A stretch of DNA of 8,228 nucleotides from a virus. Lineage: Duplodnaviria > Heunggongvirae > Uroviricota > Caudoviricetes. Made by a program: the position numbers and the translations under genes. The notes beneath the pieces are model-generated. The model had not been told where the DNA came from and did no database searches. It worked only from the letters and a program-made list of their open reading frames with translations. Shown here piece after piece: positions 6,760 to 8,228 of this stretch. The stretch covers positions 1-8,228 of IMG/VR virus record IMGVR_UViG_2675903352_000011; one strand, 5' to 3'. The number at the start of each line of letters is the position of its first letter. Position 1 is the first letter of the stretch.

Positions 6760-7293
6760 ATGAACGTAAAAATCAAATACGGCCTGTCAGCTGCCGTTCT
6801 GGCGCTGATTGCTGCAGGCGCGTCTGCTCCTCAAATACTTGACCAGTTTCTGGATGAAAAAGAAGGTAACCACACAACGGCATACCGTGATGGTTCTGGC
6901 ATATGGACCATCTGTCGTGGTGCCACAATGGTGGATGGTAAGCCCGTCATACCGGGAATGAAGCTGTCGAAGGAAAAATGCGACCAGGTTAACGCTATTG
7001 AACGTGATAAGGCGCTGGCATGGGTGGATCGCAATATAAAAGTACCACTGACCGAACCACAAAAAGCAGGTATTGCGTCATTTTGTCCCTATAACATTGG
7101 CCCCGGTAAGTGTTTCCCGTCGACGTTTTATAAGCGGCTGAATGCCGGTGATCGTAAAGGCGCATGCGAGGCGATTCGCTGGTGGATTAAGGACGGTGGC
7201 CGTGATTGCCGCATTCGTTCAAATAACTGTTACGGTCAGGTTATTCGTCGTGACCAGGAGAGTGCGCTGGTGTGCTGGGGGATCGACAGATAA
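6760..7293 (+). CDS. rrrD: SAR endolysin (T4-lysozyme-like muramidase, RrrD / R21-like)
   Basis: 177 aa. N-terminal signal-anchor-release domain YGLSAAVLALIAAGASAP (Gly/Ala-rich, weakly hydrophobic). Catalytic E...D...T spacing matches T4 lysozyme (E-9-D-6-T in EGNHTTAYRDGSGIWT). Closely matches my memory of DLP12 RrrD. Pairing with a pinholin is the established S21/R21 arrangement. Confidence 0.9.
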   Translation: MNVKIKYGLSAAVLALIAAGASAPQILDQFLDEKEGNHTTAYRDGSGIWTICRGATMVDGKPVIPGMKLSKEKCDQVNAIERDKALAWVDRNIKVPLTEPQKAGIASFCPYNIGPGKCFPSTFYKRLNAGDRKGACEAIRWWIKDGGRDCRIRSNNCYGQVIRRDQESALVCWGIDR

Positions 7294-7383
7294 GCAGAAT
7301 ATTTTGCTGAAAAATGCCGTTTGCTCACACAAGCGGATAACACGATATTCTGCAAACTGGCAAAAGGAAGTGAATAAAAGCAA

Positions 7384-7420
7384 AAACCCCGTTTGTTGGC
7401 AGCAAGCGGGGTTTTGTTTT
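7384..7420. terminator. Bidirectional rho-independent terminator between endolysin and Rz
   Basis: Seen in sequence: (aaaa)ccccgtttg / ttggcag / caagcgggg (9-bp stem with one U-G pair) flanked by an A-tract upstream and ttttgtttt downstream, so it reads as a terminator on both strands. Confidence 0.6.
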
Positions 7421-7449
7421 CTGCCCATGGGAAAGCTAAAGGAGAAAAC

Positions 7450-7587
7450 GTGTTTGATTTTAGCAAACCGATTCTGGAGATTCGAGTGATGGCTGAAAAA
7501 TTATCCACCTGGAAGTTCATCCTTATCTGGCTGGTGTTTGTGGTTATGGGCTCCGGTTATTTCATCGGTCAGATACGCTGGTGGTGA
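7450..7587 (+). CDS. Possible small single-pass membrane peptide (45 aa from GTG 7450, or 32 aa from ATG 7489)
   Basis: In-frame GTG at 7450 preceded by ggagaaaac; alternative ATG at 7489 preceded by ggagattcgag. Encodes ...MAEKLSTWKFILIWLVFVVMGSGYFIGQIRWW with one clear hydrophobic helix. Stop TGA at 7585-7587 abuts the Rz ATG at 7589. Could instead be a non-coding remnant. Confidence 0.3.
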   Translation: MFDFSKPILEIRVMAEKLSTWKFILIWLVFVVMGSGYFIGQIRWW

Positions 7588-7588
7588 A

Positions 7589-8053
7589 ATGAACCGGATT
7601 CTGTATGGCGTGATTATTGTCCTGCTGATGGTCTGTAGTGCTCTGTGGCTGGCAACAGATCATTACCGCGATAACGCCATTACCTACAAAACACAACGCG
7701 ATGACAATGCCAGAGAGCTGAAACTGGCAGAGGCGATCATTACTGATATGCAGGTGCGCCAGCGTGACGTTGCTGCACTCGATGCAAAATATTCAAAGGA
7801 ATTAGCTGATGCGAAAGCTGAAAATGATGCTCTGCGTGATGATATTGCCGCTGGTCGTCGTCGGTTGCGCATCAGAGCAGTCTGTCCAGCCGTGCGTGAA
7901 GCCACCGCCTCCTCCGGCGTGGATGATGCAACCAGCCCCCGACTGGCAGACACCGCTGAACGGGATTATTTCACCCTCAGAGACCGATTGATGACGATGC
8001 AGAAGCAACTGGAAGGGGCACAGCTATACATTCGTGAGCAATGCCTCAGATAA
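7589..8053 (+). CDS. rzpD: Spanin inner-membrane subunit Rz (i-spanin, RzpD-like)
   Basis: 154 aa from ATG 7589: MNRILYGVIIVLLMVCSALWLATDHYRDNAITYKTQRDDNARELKLAEAIITDMQ... N-terminal TM anchor plus coiled-coil periplasmic domain, strong resemblance to lambda/DLP12 Rz. The ORF-track start at 7538 is rejected because it lacks an RBS and overlaps the upstream peptide ORF. Confidence 0.85.
   Translation: MNRILYGVIIVLLMVCSALWLATDHYRDNAITYKTQRDDNARELKLAEAIITDMQVRQRDVAALDAKYSKELADAKAENDALRDDIAAGRRRLRIRAVCPAVREATASSGVDDATSPRLADTAERDYFTLRDRLMTMQKQLEGAQLYIREQCLR
7809..7991 (+). CDS. rzoD: Spanin outer-membrane lipoprotein subunit Rz1 (o-spanin, RzoD-like), embedded in the +1 frame of Rz
   Basis: 60 aa: MRKLKMMLCVMILPLVVVGCASEQSVQPCVKPPPPPAWMMQPAPDWQTPLNGIISPSETD. 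Lipobox LVVVGC and a proline-rich segment. Lies entirely within the Rz coding region in a different frame, the classic Rz/Rz1 arrangement. Confidence 0.85.
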   Translation: MRKLKMMLCVMILPLVVVGCASEQSVQPCVKPPPPPAWMMQPAPDWQTPLNGIISPSETD

Positions 8054-8228
8054 AAACCGGCCAAGGATAATCCGCTGAAGATTTGCCGGCGGCGAAAGAG
8101 AGCCAAGGGTTCAGCCTACGCCATTACTCCTGTCGATGCAATGCATTGTATGGGGCCACCACATATTGCAATTTTTGTGCTCTCTTAAAATATATTCCAC
8201 GGGTGTCATTAGCGCGAGCGCCTTATGG

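Noticed and set aside
6787-7520. ORFs overlapping the endolysin and the R-Rz spacer (6787..7062 -, 6831..7034 -, 7142..7489 +, 7219..7428 -, 7236..7520 -)
   Set aside because: All overlap the well-supported SAR endolysin gene in other frames or antisense, or run across the bidirectional terminator; none has a credible start.
7538-7588. N-terminal extension of Rz (171-aa version starting at 7538)
   Set aside because: The Rz-like TM anchor begins at MNRILYGV (ATG 7589); the extension overlaps the upstream small ORF in another frame and lacks an RBS.
7684-8008. Minus-strand ORFs 7684..7953 and 7802..8008 inside Rz/Rz1
   Set aside because: Antisense to the recognisable Rz and Rz1 genes; Ala/Ser/Arg-rich translations typical of antisense artefacts.
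1-8228. CRISPR array, IS element, integrase or attachment site
   Set aside because: No direct-repeat/spacer array, no transposase- or integrase-like ORF and no long terminal inverted repeats; the window is internal to the prophage.
8054-8228. Bor-like lipoprotein gene on the minus strand after Rz
   Set aside because: Expected from DLP12/lambda gene order, but the reverse-strand translation ending near 8130 does not resemble Bor and no ORF of adequate length is present; the window probably ends before or within it.

Overview
This window is the late-regulatory and lysis region of a lambdoid prophage of the DLP12 / phage-21 type from an E. coli-like enterobacterial genome, all read on the + strand. 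All identifications are from reading the translations and from memory of protein families; no database search was run. Left to right: a structured 5' segment ending in an intrinsic terminator; three nin-region-like ORFs, including a DUF968-type protein with an HNH-like Cys/His motif; the late antiterminator Q; a candidate late promoter and tR'-like terminator; a roughly 3 kb AT-rich cargo (moron) island carrying a minus-strand Blc-like lipocalin lipoprotein, a TudS-like DUF523-DUF1722 fusion and an AraC-family regulator; then the lysis cassette of S21-type pinholin, SAR endolysin and Rz with embedded Rz1. The lysis cassette is interrupted twice relative to the canonical compact arrangement. 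The best candidate for something undescribed is a ~1.1 kb insert between holin and endolysin holding a 243-aa protein I cannot place in any family and a convergent, 3'-overlapping, AT-rich 93-aa gene on the opposite strand. The second interruption is a ~295 bp structured insert between endolysin and Rz with a bidirectional terminator and a possible small membrane-peptide ORF.
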